A stretch of 64,000 nt of DNA from the NCBI RefSeq assembly GCF_006345805.1, contig NC_043001.1:2480001-2544000 (forward strand). Reading direction: 5' to 3'. Shown piece by piece: positions 52,026 through 64,000 of this stretch (within the stretch, counting starts at the first letter, position 1; every line of letters begins with the position of its first letter). The position numbers were made by a program, and so were the translations under genes. Origin of the DNA: Octopus sinensis. Its lineage: Eukaryota. Below the pieces are notes generated by a model. That model did not search any database, had not been told where the DNA came from, and saw only the letters and a list, made by a program, of their open reading frames with translations.

Positions 52026-52384
52026 GCATATATATATATCATCATCATCATCATCATCGTTTAACGTCTGCTTTCCATGCTGGCATGGGTTGGACGATTT
52101 GACTGAGGTCTGGCAAACCAGGTGGCTGCACCAGGCTCCAGTCTGATCTGGCAGAGATTCTACAACTGAATGCCCTTCCTAACGCCAGCCACTCCGAGAG
52201 TGTAGTGGGTGCTTTTACGTGCCACCAGCATGAGGGCCAGTCTGGTGGTACTAGCAACAGCCATGCTCAAATGGTGCTTTTTATGTGCCACTTGCACATG
52301 AGCCAGTCCAGTGGCACTGACAACGATCTCACTCGAATGTTTTTATACATCATCATCATCATCATCACCATCATCATCATAATC

Positions 52385-52625
52385 ATCTCCAATGTTTTAA
52401 CGTCCACTTTTCCATGATTGCCTGGGTCGGATGGAATTTGTTGAGGTGGATTTTTCTTAGGCCCAATGCTCTTTCTGCTACCAACCCTAACCTGTTTCCA
52501 AGTAAGCTAATATTTCTCCTTAGCCAGACATGTTTTGATGGAAGACTGGAAATGTGAGACATCCCTTGCATGACAGTGACACTCGTTTACAGCTATCATG
52601 TGATGTCAAAGCAAGGAAACAGCAA
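52385..52625 (-). mobile_element. Family D repeat sharing the GTTAAA(C/T)GATG tail with family A
   Basis: Homologous to the reverse complement of about 2240-2465 (GGAAACAGGT.AGGGTTGG.A.CA...GGAAAAGT.GAC.TTAAA). Confidence 0.55.
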
Positions 52626-52723
52626 CACCCACCCACTCACACATACATTCCCCCCTTATATTCTTTTGTTCTTTTATTTGTTTCAGTCATTTGACTGGAC
52701 GTTAAACGATGACGATGCTGATG

Positions 52724-52778
<55 letters not shown>

Positions 52779-54330
52779 CATACAGACATACATATCTGAC
52801 AGGCTTCTTTCCATTTCTATCTATCCAACTCACAAAGGTTTGATTGGCCAAAGACTATAATAGAAGTCATTTGTCCAAGCTATGTGGTTGGGAAGAGAGC
52901 TTCTTACCACACCTATACCCACAAGACCATACCCGCACACATACGCACAGAGAGGCAAACACATCTACATATAGTCTATAGTGATTGAGATAAGACAAAA
53001 AACAAAACGATGGGTCATTGATGCAGACAAGCAAGAAGTGAAAACGGAAGCAAAGTAAGGTTAGGTGTTTCAATATTGAAGTCCTTGAACAAGTGAAAAG
53101 CATGGAATTGGTCTGAGTGAACTGTAGGGGAGAAGAGAGATGAGAAGCATCATCCTCATCATCATCATCTTCATCGTGTAACATCCTCCTTCCATGCTGG
53201 CATGGGGGTGGGGCAATTTGAGAGGCGTCAACTAGGCAGAAGTCTACACCAGACTTCTGTAACTGTTTTGGCAGGATTTTCATAGTTGGATGCTCTTCCA
53301 AACGCCAACCACTCAGCAGAGTGGACTGAGGGATTTTTATGTGCCACAAGCAGAGGTGGGGTCAGTTTTGGCAAGGTTTTTACAGTTGGATGCCCATCCA
53401 AACGCCAACCACTTTACTGGACCATCATGGAAATAGAAAGGTTTGTGTAGTGAGAATGAAAAGTTAAAGTTGAGGGAAAGAGAGAGAGAGGGAGGGAGGG
53501 ATGGAGAGAGAGAGAGGGAGGAAGAGAGAGAGAAAGAGAGTTATTGAGTTGTTAACAATTTAGACAAAATTTCAATTTTATGAAAACAAATTTGTGTAAG
53601 TGACATAAATGGAAGGAATTATGTGGAAGCACTGAGAATATAAACAAGCATAGCCATGTTGTAAGAAGATTGCTTCCAATGACGTGGTTCTCAGTTCAAT
53701 CCCACTACGTGGTACCTTGCACAAGTGTCTTCTACTATAGTTTCAGTCTGACCAAAGCCTTGTGGGTGAATTTAGCAGAAGGAAACTGAAAGATGCCTGT
53801 AATATGTGTGTGTATGTCTATGTATGATGTGTGTGTGTGTGTATGTGTGTGTGTGTGTGTGTGTGTCTCCCACCATCACTTGGCAACCAGTGTTGGTGTG
53901 TTTATATATCAATGACTTAGCAGGTCAGCAAAAGAGACAAACAGAATAAGTACCAGGATTTAAAAAAATGAAATAATCCCTGGGGTTGAATCCTTTGACT
54001 CAAAATTTTTCAAGGCAATGCCCCAGCATGGCCACAATCTATTGAATGAAACAAGTAAAAGAGGTAAATAAATAGAGAACCAATGAAATGAAGCGACACC
54101 TTCCGCCATATTTATTTGCTGAGAATCTATAATGATTGAATGGTTTACAGTTTGTGCAGATGCACTTAAGAGACTTTTCTAAACTTGCTAAGTGCATTGG
54201 GATTAATCCCAACTTCTTGTGTCATCACAGCTTCTCAGGCAAAGAATAGACGTCTGTCGTCTGCTCTACTTTCATTTCTCTACTCTAAGTTTTGAGTTTT
54301 ATTTCTTTGATTTCTAAACCCAAGTTTACT

Positions 54331-54387
<57 letters not shown>

Positions 54388-54430
54388 GTATCTATCTGTG
54401 TACTTGTCTGTCAACACTCCCAATCCCCCC

Positions 54431-54477
<47 letters not shown>

Positions 54478-54900
54478 GGCACAGGAGTGGCTGTGTGGTA
54501 AGTAGCTTGCTAACCAACCACATGGTCCCGGGTTCAGTCCCACTGTGTGGCATCTTGGGCAAGTGTCTTCTGCTATAGCCCCGGGCCGACCAATGCCTTG
54601 TGAGTGGATTTGGTAGACGGAAACTGAAAGAAGCCTGTCGTATATATGTATATATATATATGTATGTGCATGTATGTTTGTGTGTCTGTGTTTGTCCCCC
54701 TAGCATTGCTTGACAACCGATGCTGGTGTGTTTACATCCCCGTTACTTAGCGGTTCGGCAAAAGAGACCAATAGAATAAGTACTGGGCTTACAAAGAATA
54801 AGTCCCGAGGTCGATTTGCTCGACTAAAGGCGGTGCTCCAGCATGGCCGCAGTCAAATGACTGAAACAAGTAAAGGAGTAAAAGAGAGTAAAAGAGTATA
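54478..54900 (+). mobile_element. Family B tRNA-head SINE with internal (TA)/(TG) microsatellite
   Basis: A box TGGCTGTGTGGT, B box GGGTTCAGTCCC, 3' end CAAATGACTGAAACAAGTAAA. Other copies at about 13130-13445, 23605-24015, 35800-36310 (-), 48890-49310 (-), 52640-52920 (-), 53645-54065, 58735-59135, 62510-62720 (-). Confidence 0.9.
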
Positions 54901-54999
54901 TATAAAGAGAGAGAAATTGAATTGAGTTGGCAGCCAGCTGATTGTGGCCCAACCCTTTTGTGGTTCCTACCAAGCAACAGGCCAACACACAACAATGAC

Positions 55000-55270
55000 A
55001 TAGGCATATTGCCCAACTGCCTTCATCACTAAATGCAGTGAATCCTAAATTAGAAGCATGAGCAGACATGTTCCCCTGTGGATTAAAAAAAGACCCCTCC
55101 TGTGCTGATGTAGCCCCTGTCAAAACACAGCAGCAGAAATACTATTCCAAGACATTAAGGTCTCCATTGATGTCACAGACTGAAACATTGGGAATCTGAG
55201 ATTAAAAGAAGCCATCATCATTAGCAAGACTAAGCCATGTGTTAACAAGAGAGCCAAGCTGTCACCAAGT
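55000..55270 (+). mobile_element. Decayed Penelope-like GIY-YIG endonuclease C-terminal fragment
   Basis: Translates to NLRLKEAIIISKTKPCVN, resembling the xKEAxxI..KPxLN motif of Penelope endonucleases. Confidence 0.45.
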
Positions 55271-55925
55271 GATTGGTCTACACTCTCTAGGAGCAGAGAT
55301 AATATCAATTTACTCAAGAATTTCACTTGGATGTCATTTAATACACGGCAATTTGATATAGCAATATTTGTGTTTGTTGGTCAAATAAATGCTTCTGTCG
55401 ATTAAGTAAGTTATCCTGGATAAAATTCAATAAAATTCATTTTGTTTATCATCATCGTCATTTAACACTTTACATGCTAGCATGGGCTGAACGATTTGAC
55501 TGAGGACTGGTGAACCAGATGGCTGCACTAGGCTCCAATCTTGATTTGGCAGTTTCAACAGCTGGATGCCCTTCCTAACGCCAACCACTCCGAGTGTGTA
55601 GTGGGTGCTTTTACGTGCCACTGGCACGAGGGTCAGTCAAGTGGTACTGGCAACGGTCACGGAAAGTTTATATATACATTCCTACAGCAGTCTACTTAAC
55701 AGAGGTAGTAGAGGTACAGGCCCTCCCATGTCGTACAGAGAGTGTTAATGAAGGTTCACATGCACAGGATGTGCCCAAGAGCAGGCAGACCATAATTGAA
55801 CACACAGCATAAATCAGTGCTCAACAACCATTTTCCTCTTGTGGTACACTTATATTCTTTTCAAAATTCGGTGGCACACCAGAGCTACAATTATTACTAA
55901 GAATATAGGGAAAATTTATATTCAG

Positions 55926-56038
55926 GTTAAGCTGTGGCACACCTGACACATCAGTGTGTCGCAGTATATCAGTTGTGGATCAGTGCTATAGAAAGCACAG
56001 GGGCAGTGTTGAAAGAACATCAACACCATCCACTTCAT
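55926..56038 (+). CDS. Candidate plus-strand exon (LSCGTPDTSVCRSISVVDQCYRKHRGSVERTSTPSTS)
   Basis: Acceptor TTTATATTCAG, donor T|GTAAAG, open frame, Ser/Thr-rich. Confidence 0.3.
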
Positions 56039-56259
56039 GTAAAGTTAACACCTCATCATTGAGAGTCAGCTCTGAAAGACATCCTTATCCAGTTGTTAAT
56101 GGAGGGAGAGAGAGTGTATATAATTCCCTTTGTTTAATTTATTTCATTTCATTTATTCTGCAACCTGTGTCTATATTTCATGTTCTATGCAAACATGTGA
56201 TGTGAACCCACTTCTTGTGTTTAGCTGACTCTCTTCCTTCCTACCTACCTACATATTAC

Positions 56260-56290
<31 letters not shown>

Positions 56291-56723
56291 TATATATTTA
56301 TACTTATATATACACATATATGTATATGTGTGTGTGTGTGTGTATGGCTGTGTGATAAGAAGTTTGCTTCCGAACTGCTTGCTTCTTGGTTCAGTCCCAC
56401 TGTTTGACACTTTGGCCAAGGGTCTTCTACTATACCCTTAAGCCAAACTACATAAGTGGATTTGGTAGACGGAAAATGAAAGAAGCCCATCATGTTTGTG
56501 TTTGTGTGTGCATGTGTGTGTGCGCGTGCATATGCATATGTGTGTGAAGGGTGTGTGTGTGCAGTGTGTGTGTGCATGTTTGTGTGTGCGCGTGTAGTGT
56601 GTGTGTATCTATATATGTATTTGTGCATGTATAAATTTATCATATGACATTGCATAACTTTTGTACGCAATGTGAAAGAAATGCCAGCCATTCCTTGAAA
56701 GGCACCAAACTTTAGTGTCTCAC

Positions 56724-56771
56724 TTCCTGAACAGAAATGATTGTTATTCACTCTACCAGAATTATAATATA
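56724..56771 (-). CDS. Candidate 48-nt symmetric exon (YYNSGRVNNNHFCSG)
   Basis: Acceptor ATATCATTTCAG, donor GAA|GTGAGA, single open frame. Confidence 0.3.
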
Positions 56772-57391
56772 CTGAAATGATATTCATGCCTTGCAATTGT
56801 GGAGTGCTCCTAATCTAATTAGCTGAAGTATAAATAATCATTCTGTAGTTGATTAAAAGGTGTAACCTTTAACACTACTTTTTGAACACTTTGCCAGTCA
56901 GGTCACAACTAAAACAAGCAAAAGACAGAAGAATTATTAGTTCTGTGAAGTGGAGAAAAGGGTAAAAGTAATTAAAAAAGATATTTGGTATGCCAAGTTG
57001 GTGCCTAAAACTCTGTCCCCAAATGTCCTGGCAGTCTTTGATTTCGAGTATTGATTCAGATTATGTGTCTATAGACATCATTAAATTCCTTGGTGGGTCT
57101 CCAGATTATACTTTTCTTAGCTCTGATGACAAGGCGGTTTTATTTATTATATCATTTGCATGGTTTCCAACATTGTTCTTGAGAAACCAAAGATAACAGT
57201 CTCTTTTTCTTTGGTAAGATTTCAAAGGTTTTTTCTCTGGCAGTCATGGTCATCTGCATTCTATTTACAAGCTTCACTAGGCACCCACACATATTTACAG
57301 CACTCCAGAACACAACTGCAAAACCATCTCAAAACCCTGTTCCATCTCCTCAATCCATGCAAACTTCACCAATGCTTATACTCACAAATGT

Positions 57392-57625
57392 AAAGGCGGC
57401 GAGTTGGCAGGATCATTAGCAGACCTGGCGAAATGCTAAGTGATATTTCGTCTACCGCTACGTTCTGAGTTCAAATTCCGCCGAGGTTGACTTTGCCTTT
57501 TATCCTTTTGGGGTCGATAAATTAAGTACCAGTTACGCACTGGGGTCGATCTAATCGACTTAATCCCTTTGTCTGTCCTTGTTTGTCCCCTCTATGTTTA
57601 GCCCCTTGTGGGCAATAAAGAAATA
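57392..57625 (+). mobile_element. Family C tRNA-head SINE
   Basis: A box TGGCAG..TCRTTAG, B box GAGTTCAAATTCC, core GGGGTCGAT..AAGTACCAGT; near-identical copy at 15349-15583; diverged minus copy at 3725-3915. Confidence 0.9.
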
Positions 57626-57801
57626 TGAAATATACTCTCAAATGTAGCTACCGTGCCAGCAAGCTCATCAGATCCCAAACATGCAATGAAATTCACATCT
57701 CTAAAATTATAAGAATAAAAAAATACATCCCAACAAAGTCCATGTTTCCTGATTTTGCTTGAAACACAACCAAAACATTTTGCTACTCAAAATCTAATTA
57801 G

Positions 57802-57872
57802 ATGGTGATAAGAAAAGCAGTTCACTTGGAATGGAACACGGCAGCCGACCTAAAAGTGCGCTGCATGTAGAA
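57802..57872 (+). CDS. Candidate plus-strand exon (GDKKSSSLGMEHGSRPKSALHVE)
   Basis: Donor GAA|GTAAGA; acceptor CTAATTAG; phase-compatible with 55926-56038. Confidence 0.35.
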
Positions 57873-58024
57873 GTAAGACATTTCTGCATAAGCATGGTAG
57901 ATTTTGGATAATGGGTCTGGAGATCATTCCTGGTTATTTGTGAAAGCAATTTTGGAGATACACCACAATAACATCTCCAATAATCTTTGCCTTCCTTATC
58001 AATATGGAATCAATTACAACAAAC

Positions 58025-58079
58025 CTGTTAATCTTTTGACTTTCTCATCTGTCATCTCTTTCCTCATCTCCAGCTTCAT
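58025..58079 (-). CDS. Candidate start exon (MKLEMRKEMTDEKVKRLT), phase 1 end
   Basis: ACAATG with in-frame TAA upstream; donor CAG|GTTTGT; phase-compatible with 56724-56771. Confidence 0.25.
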
Positions 58080-59385
58080 TGTTCGTTATCGCTGAGCATT
58101 GCTAAACGACCTACTTGCAATATAAGTGTTTAGTCTCCTAACGCTAATCTTTGGGAACTCCAAAGCACTTGTTTTTTTTGTTCACCTTAGACTACGTACC
58201 TAATTTCTAATTAAAGATTTAAATTAAACTTAAAATTCATACCTTAGCACTAATGAATTTATTTTATCTCTAATTACGACTTTAGCTCAATTAACATACA
58301 TGCAGTTTATAAATTACTTTGTCATTCATTAAACTAGAACTCCAGTTAAACGTTTTCAGTCTTTATGCCTCACGATTGATAGACGCTTCACAGATAATAG
58401 ATTTTATCTGTGATGTTGCTTGATTAGTCATGGCAAATGGAAAATCTGGAATCTTTAGAATGTCAAATTGTCAATTTAGGAATTAAAAGCCAGCCAGAAT
58501 GTTTATTTTAGTTTCACCAGAAAAATACATTTGTGCAGATTGGAACAGGAATGGCTGAGTGGTTAAGCTGTTCACTTTGGAAACGTGTGGTTCCGTTAGG
58601 TTTAGTGCGACTGTGCTGTATATTTTGAAAATGTCTCTTATTATACTCCTGACCCAACCATAACGTTGTGAGCACATTTTGGAAATGGTAAACAGAAACT
58701 GAAAGAAACCTGGTCTATAATTATACATACCTATAGGCGCAGGAGGGGCTGTGTGGTAAGTAGCTTGTTTACCAACCACATGGTTTCGGGTTCAGTCCCA
58801 CTGCATGGCATCTTGGGCAAGTGTCTTCTACTATAGCCTCGGGCCGACCAAAGCCTTGTGAGTGGATTTGGTAGATGGAAACTGAAAGAAGCCCGTCGTA
58901 TATATATATATATATATATATGCGTGTGTGTGTTTGTGTGTCTGTGTTTGTCCCCCTTGACAACCGATGCTGGTGTGTTTATGTCCCCGTTACTTAGCGG
59001 TTCGGCAAAAGTAACCGATAGAATAAGTACTGGGCTTACAAAGAATAACTCCTGGGGTCGAGTTGCTCGATTAAAAGTCGGTGCTCCAGCATGGCTGCGG
59101 TCAGATGACTGAAACAAGTAAAAGAGTAAAAGAGTATACATACATACATACATACATACATACATGCGTGCATGCATGCATTGATACATAAAGGCATGCA
59201 TACATACATAAACATGCATACACACACACATACATATATACATACATACATACATACATATGTAAATATCCTTCCTTATGATAACACAGAACTGTAATAT
59301 TTTCTCCGACTTCTTAGTCATAATTAGCTGAGGTGAAACCGGTCAGCTATGTAAATATTTGATTTCATAAATAAACACATATATA

Positions 59386-59930
59386 CAAGAGCTGATCAAT
59401 AAGTATCCGGACTGTTGTATAGTGACGAAACTAAAGCACGCAGAGTGAAGCTGCTTGGCACAGATTTACCTTAAACTCTGCTGTGCATGTGAGCTAAGTT
59501 TTAACGTTCTAGCTCACTTCTGCCGTTTACAGCAATGCTTGGAAGGAAGGTGTATAGCGTGTGATCATTGCATTGACAATGACAGAGAAAGGTGAGCAGA
59601 GAATCTGCATCAAATTTTGGCAAAAGCTTGGCGATCCCTGCTCAGAGGCCAATGCAAAGTTTTCAAAAAAGCTTCATCGATTCTGACACAAACAAAGAGA
59701 TCTTGTGCAACTGAAACCCGAGTGTCTTTTTGGACAGCTGAAACCGGTTTTGGCACAAACTTGGCAGACACGTGTCTCATACCCCCATCTTCAGTGATAA
59801 TGGACTGAACTAAACCATAATTAAAGGTGCATCCTCTGATAACTCACAGATGGTGATTCGATGATTTCGCCTCACAGCTGCAGGCACCTCTGCAATGTTT
59901 TTCTCAATTCTGCTGGTTTTGAGATTTATC
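59386..59930. mobile_element. Mariner 5' part with an internally inverted segment
   Basis: TA plus TIR; plus strand MTEKGEQRICIKFWQKLG from 59579; minus strand from about 59920 to 59660 KTSRIEKNIAEV...RITICELSED...VSAKFVPK...DEAFLK. Confidence 0.8.
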
Positions 59931-60199
59931 CATGGATTCCTCTTAAAATCATCTTGAGCCACTCTCTCATCCATTTGAGGATTTTGACTGAGGCAATATT
60001 GACCAATGCATGCATAATGATTTTCTCATCGATTCCTAACAGGACACACAATTTCTTACGATGTCATTTGAGTAGATTTATGTTTTATATTTTAAATACA
60101 TTTTAAATACATTTTTTTTGCTCCATATTCGTAGTGAATGATTGTTAATCACCAGTTCCATATGATTTATGTCCGATTCTAAATGTCTGGAAAAATGCT

Positions 60200-60720
60200 A
60201 ACGAGTGAAACTGGGGGTAGAAGAATGAAAAGAAACAGTAAAAAAATTAACCTGGACGTTAAACTTGATGTTCGAAAAGGGTTGATGTGGGAGAAAAGAA
60301 AGTCACGTTTCTAAAACATTAAAACCAACATCTACACAACAATTGAGAGAACATTATGTTTTCAACTTTTCAGATCTAATGTTCTCTAAAATTTATGATG
60401 GGACAGCTCTTGGATGCATGGATCAAAAAATATGTTGCCAAACTCTATCCTTAATCTTAAAAGTTTTCTAAAAGCAAAAAAGTATACATCAAATTTGGAA
60501 AGATGTTGTGACATTTGCAAATGAGGGAAGGATTTGAAGAAGTCCTTAAATGGTAATGTGGTTGACTTGTTTGTGTCCCAGAAAGATTGTTTGTCTAATG
60601 AGGAGCAGAGGATTTTTAGAATGAAAGCAAGATGAGGATGCAACTGAGAATGAGAAAATTCCAACACCTACATTTAAGGACTGGCACCTAAAGAAGAAGG
60701 TCTGCAACGTCAAAAGAAAG
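60200..60720 (+). mobile_element. Possible Tigger/pogo remnant
   Basis: MKRNSKKINLDVKLDV resembles the CENP-B-type HTH start; acidic stretch near 60630. Confidence 0.35.
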
Positions 60721-61069
60721 GAAGACAATAAGGGTCATTCTTTCTAATTTCTGTCTTCCTTGTAAGTCCCTCTCCCTTTCTTGCCCTTAAAGAAATCATT
60801 GTATCTATGTATTTTTCTCTCTTTTTCATTAAGCTATCAGTCAGCCTTTTCTCTCCTCTGGCCCTTCAACACATGTTAGATTTGATGCGTTGTTATCGTC
60901 ATCGTCACCACCACCACCACTGCCACCACCACCACCATCATCATCAACGTGGTCATCATCATTTGATGTCTGTCTTCCATGCTGGTATGGGTTGGATATG
61001 GTTTGACAAGGAGCTAGCAAGCCAGAGAGTTGCACCAAGCTCCAACTGTCGGCTGCTTTGCCTTGGTTT

Positions 61070-61760
61070 CTGCAATATCAACTGCCCATCTTTGTCAAGC
61101 AATTGGTTATCAGGATGGAATTGTGGACTGGTGTATTGCCCTGATGCAAGTGCTGCCAACCTGATCGGAAGGGCTCTGACCTTTGGTGAGGAAATCTCAT
61201 CCTGAACTCCTTCAAAACCTCCGAGTACTCTTTGTTGACTCTCTGGCCAGAGGAAAACCAGTGGATGTTGAAAAGAATGGTTATCACGAACTTCCCAGCA
61301 GATTTGCTTTGCCTGGCTTTCATGGGTGCATTGTGGGGGAGCCAGGATGCTTCTATTGGGCACTCTGTTGTTTCTTGGTCTCTGGATCGTAACAGTAGAG
61401 TTATCTTTTACCACAAGTCAGCGGAGACTCAAGTGCTCTGAGATTGAAGGTAATGAGTTCGATCATCTCCCTGATGTCACCAATGCATCTTTCCTTCTGT
61501 TTGTCACTGATTACCCTTAGAACAAACTTTGCACTAATTTTGTGCTATTTCAGATCTTTATGAATAATTTGCCACACCAGCTCTGAACTGTTTATCGTCT
61601 TTTTATAGACACACAACAGCCTTCATCCAGAAAATCGCTGTTTTCTCAACCATTTCTGATCTACTGACATCCCTCTCCCTCCTACATCTTTCGTCGTCTC
61701 TCACCTCCTCTTTTCTACCATTCTTGAACCTCTTTTGCCAGCACACAACACAAGCTCAGC
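61070..61760 (-). mobile_element. Mariner transposase pseudogene fragment
   Basis: KISAKFV, YCYDPETK, KARQSKSAGK, VNKEY..VL, HLHQGNTPVH. Confidence 0.9.
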
Positions 61761-62269
61761 TCATACAAGTCAATCCACTGAACAGAATTGAAATCCCAGA
61801 AACCAATGTTGGCACTACGAAATGATTCATTTTTAAAATAGCAAAAACATTTGTCTCATATTTTGCTGTCTTAAATAACAAAAAAAGACAAAATGTACAA
61901 TGAATGTGCCTGCTCCAGTGCTTGGGGTGTTCAGCTCATCATTCTATGTTCGTAGGTTCAATTCCTGCATTGGAGCTTTAATCAAAGATATCCCATTCAA
62001 GTTGTTGTTTACCTCCAAATTGGTTATGACTGAAATGCCATCGATCATAGGTGTCTTCAACTCGGACTGACCCGGGGCTAAACAGCAATAATGTAACAAG
62101 TACTTTTACAGTTGCAAATTAAAAAAGCATAACGCTTAATTAGAAAGTTTGGAATTAGGGAGATAGGAAGTGTGTGTGTGTGTGTATGAATATGAATGTG
62201 TATATGTATGTGCATATGTATATGTGTGTGTTTGTGTGTGTGTGTTGTGTGTGTGTGTGTGTGTGTGTA

Positions 62270-62306
<37 letters not shown>

Positions 62307-62744
62307 AATGGATGAAAATATTTTGGATTTAAGACTTTAATTAATTTTCATGTTCAACATATCCATGAGATAATTATTTGCTATTCTTCAAGTATATGCC
62401 AATCTAATTAGGCACTGAATTTCCGCAATTAATCCAGTGTTACAAATAACTTCCTGTAATGATTCCCCCACCACCACCACCACCATACCTTGCCATGAGT
62501 TTTTTTTTTACTGCAGATGGAGCCACAGCATGGCCGTCTCCTTAAGAAGCATGTTTTGCGATCACCCCTTTCATGTGTCTCTTATCTTTTACTGGTTTCA
62601 GTCATCGGACTGTGGCCATGCTGGGGCACTGTCTTGAATAATTTACAACCGATCGAATCAACCCAGGTTATTCTGTTGGTCTCATTTGCTGAACTACTAG
62701 GTTATGGGGACAAACACAGACACACACAGACACACACACACACA

Positions 62745-62793
<49 letters not shown>

Positions 62794-62914
62794 ACACACA
62801 CATACATGCACACACTCACACACATATGTCCCTATACATACATACATACACGCATGCACTTACGTATGCCTATATATATATATGTATATATATATGTTTA
62901 TATATATATATACA

Positions 62915-62958
<44 letters not shown>

Positions 62959-64000
62959 TATGGCACCTGTGTCAGTGGCACATAAAAAGCACCCACTACA
63001 CTCACGGAGTGGTTGGCGTTAGGAAGGGCATCCAGCTGTAGAAACTTTGCTGGGTCAGTTTGGAGCCTGGTGCAGCCTTCGAGCTTCCCAGACCCCAGTT
63101 GAACCGTCCAACCCATGCTAGCATGGAAAGCAGACATTAAACGATGATGATGAATATTGGAGGTGATGCTGGATCTGTATCTTTCTCTATGGAGACTAGA
63201 ATTAATAACTAAATTCCTCTTAAATCCCAATCATCTGTGATGGAGACTCAGTCATCAAGCAAGTCCAGAGTTGTTACCATGCCAACAAAGGGCCAGATAA
63301 GCCTGTCTCTCATGGTGCCAGTAATTCCCAAATTTATTATAAATGGGATTTTCAGGTAAAGCAACTTCAAAAGACAAAAGAAGCAAAAATACAAAACATT
63401 TTAAGTTGAGTTGTCTCATGTTTGGTTTCCTGCATCATTGTTCACCTTGGTTTACCTCTTCGTTTCTATGTTCTCTGCAGCCTTCATTAATTAATGCTGC
63501 TTTGCACATTACATTAATTTTGTTAAGAAATACTTATAAATTAAAACCAAATCGATTGTAGATTTGGCAACAGTACAGCTGTAGGGTTTTGCATGAGTGA
63601 TATAGTAAGTTGGACATCTTTGATCAAGTGAGCTTATCCAAGCAATCAAGAATACAAAAACTCTCTCTCTAGGTTGTGTCTAACATTTAAAAAGGGAAAC
63701 TTCAGGGTTATAAAAGTAATGGACATGTATCTGTCCTATGACATTTTGTCAGCAACACGTATACTTCTGTCGGTAACAATATGACTCATCATTATACACT
63801 TATATATTTATAAATTTTTAAATACAAACATCACACACACACACATAAACAAACAAACAAACACACACACACTCATGCACGCACAGGCAAACAAACAAAT
63901 ACGCACACATACACTCACATATCTTTTCATCATGGGGATGAATACCATCATTCCAATGTGGAAAGGGTAGCCTTGTTAACCCTCAGATAAAGATTAGTTA

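Noticed and set aside
52990-53123. Minus-strand exon after the acceptor TCTCTCTTCTCCCCTACAG
   Set aside because: No good donor, and the pyrimidine tract adjoins a SINE tail.
54478-54555. tRNA gene
   Set aside because: A and B boxes are present, but there is no closed cloverleaf and the sequence continues into a multi-copy SINE body; the same applies to the other SINE heads.

Overview
AT-rich, intron-scale eukaryotic genomic DNA, densely filled with microsatellites ((TA)n, (CA)n, (TAA)n, (CAT)n, (GATA)n), SINEs and decayed transposons. The repeat repertoire resembles what I recall for coleoid cephalopods, most likely Octopus (inference, no database search). Almost all ORFs in the supplied track are microsatellite or repeat artefacts. 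Transposon content supported by recognisable protein motifs or terminal structures: several tRNA-head or (GAT)n-tailed SINE families, RTE-type and R4/Dong-type LINE remnants, Penelope-like ends, Tc1/mariner, Merlin, Tigger and piggyBac-like elements. Small minus-strand exon candidates with canonical splice sites point to a large host gene that I cannot name. Five of them carry an ATG and end in intron phase 2, which suggests an array of alternative first exons. The most notable non-coding signals are hammerhead-ribozyme motifs. One is near-canonical and sits in the loop of a ~94-bp inverted repeat (42526-42774). Another is a variant-core motif repeated in a ~185-bp element (31890-32073 and 33424-33608). 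There is also an RTE LINE with a twin-priming-like 5' inversion and a head-to-tail ~340-bp concatemer. No CRISPR array, rRNA or intact tRNA gene was found. All alignments and translations were done by eye, and repeat boundaries are approximate.
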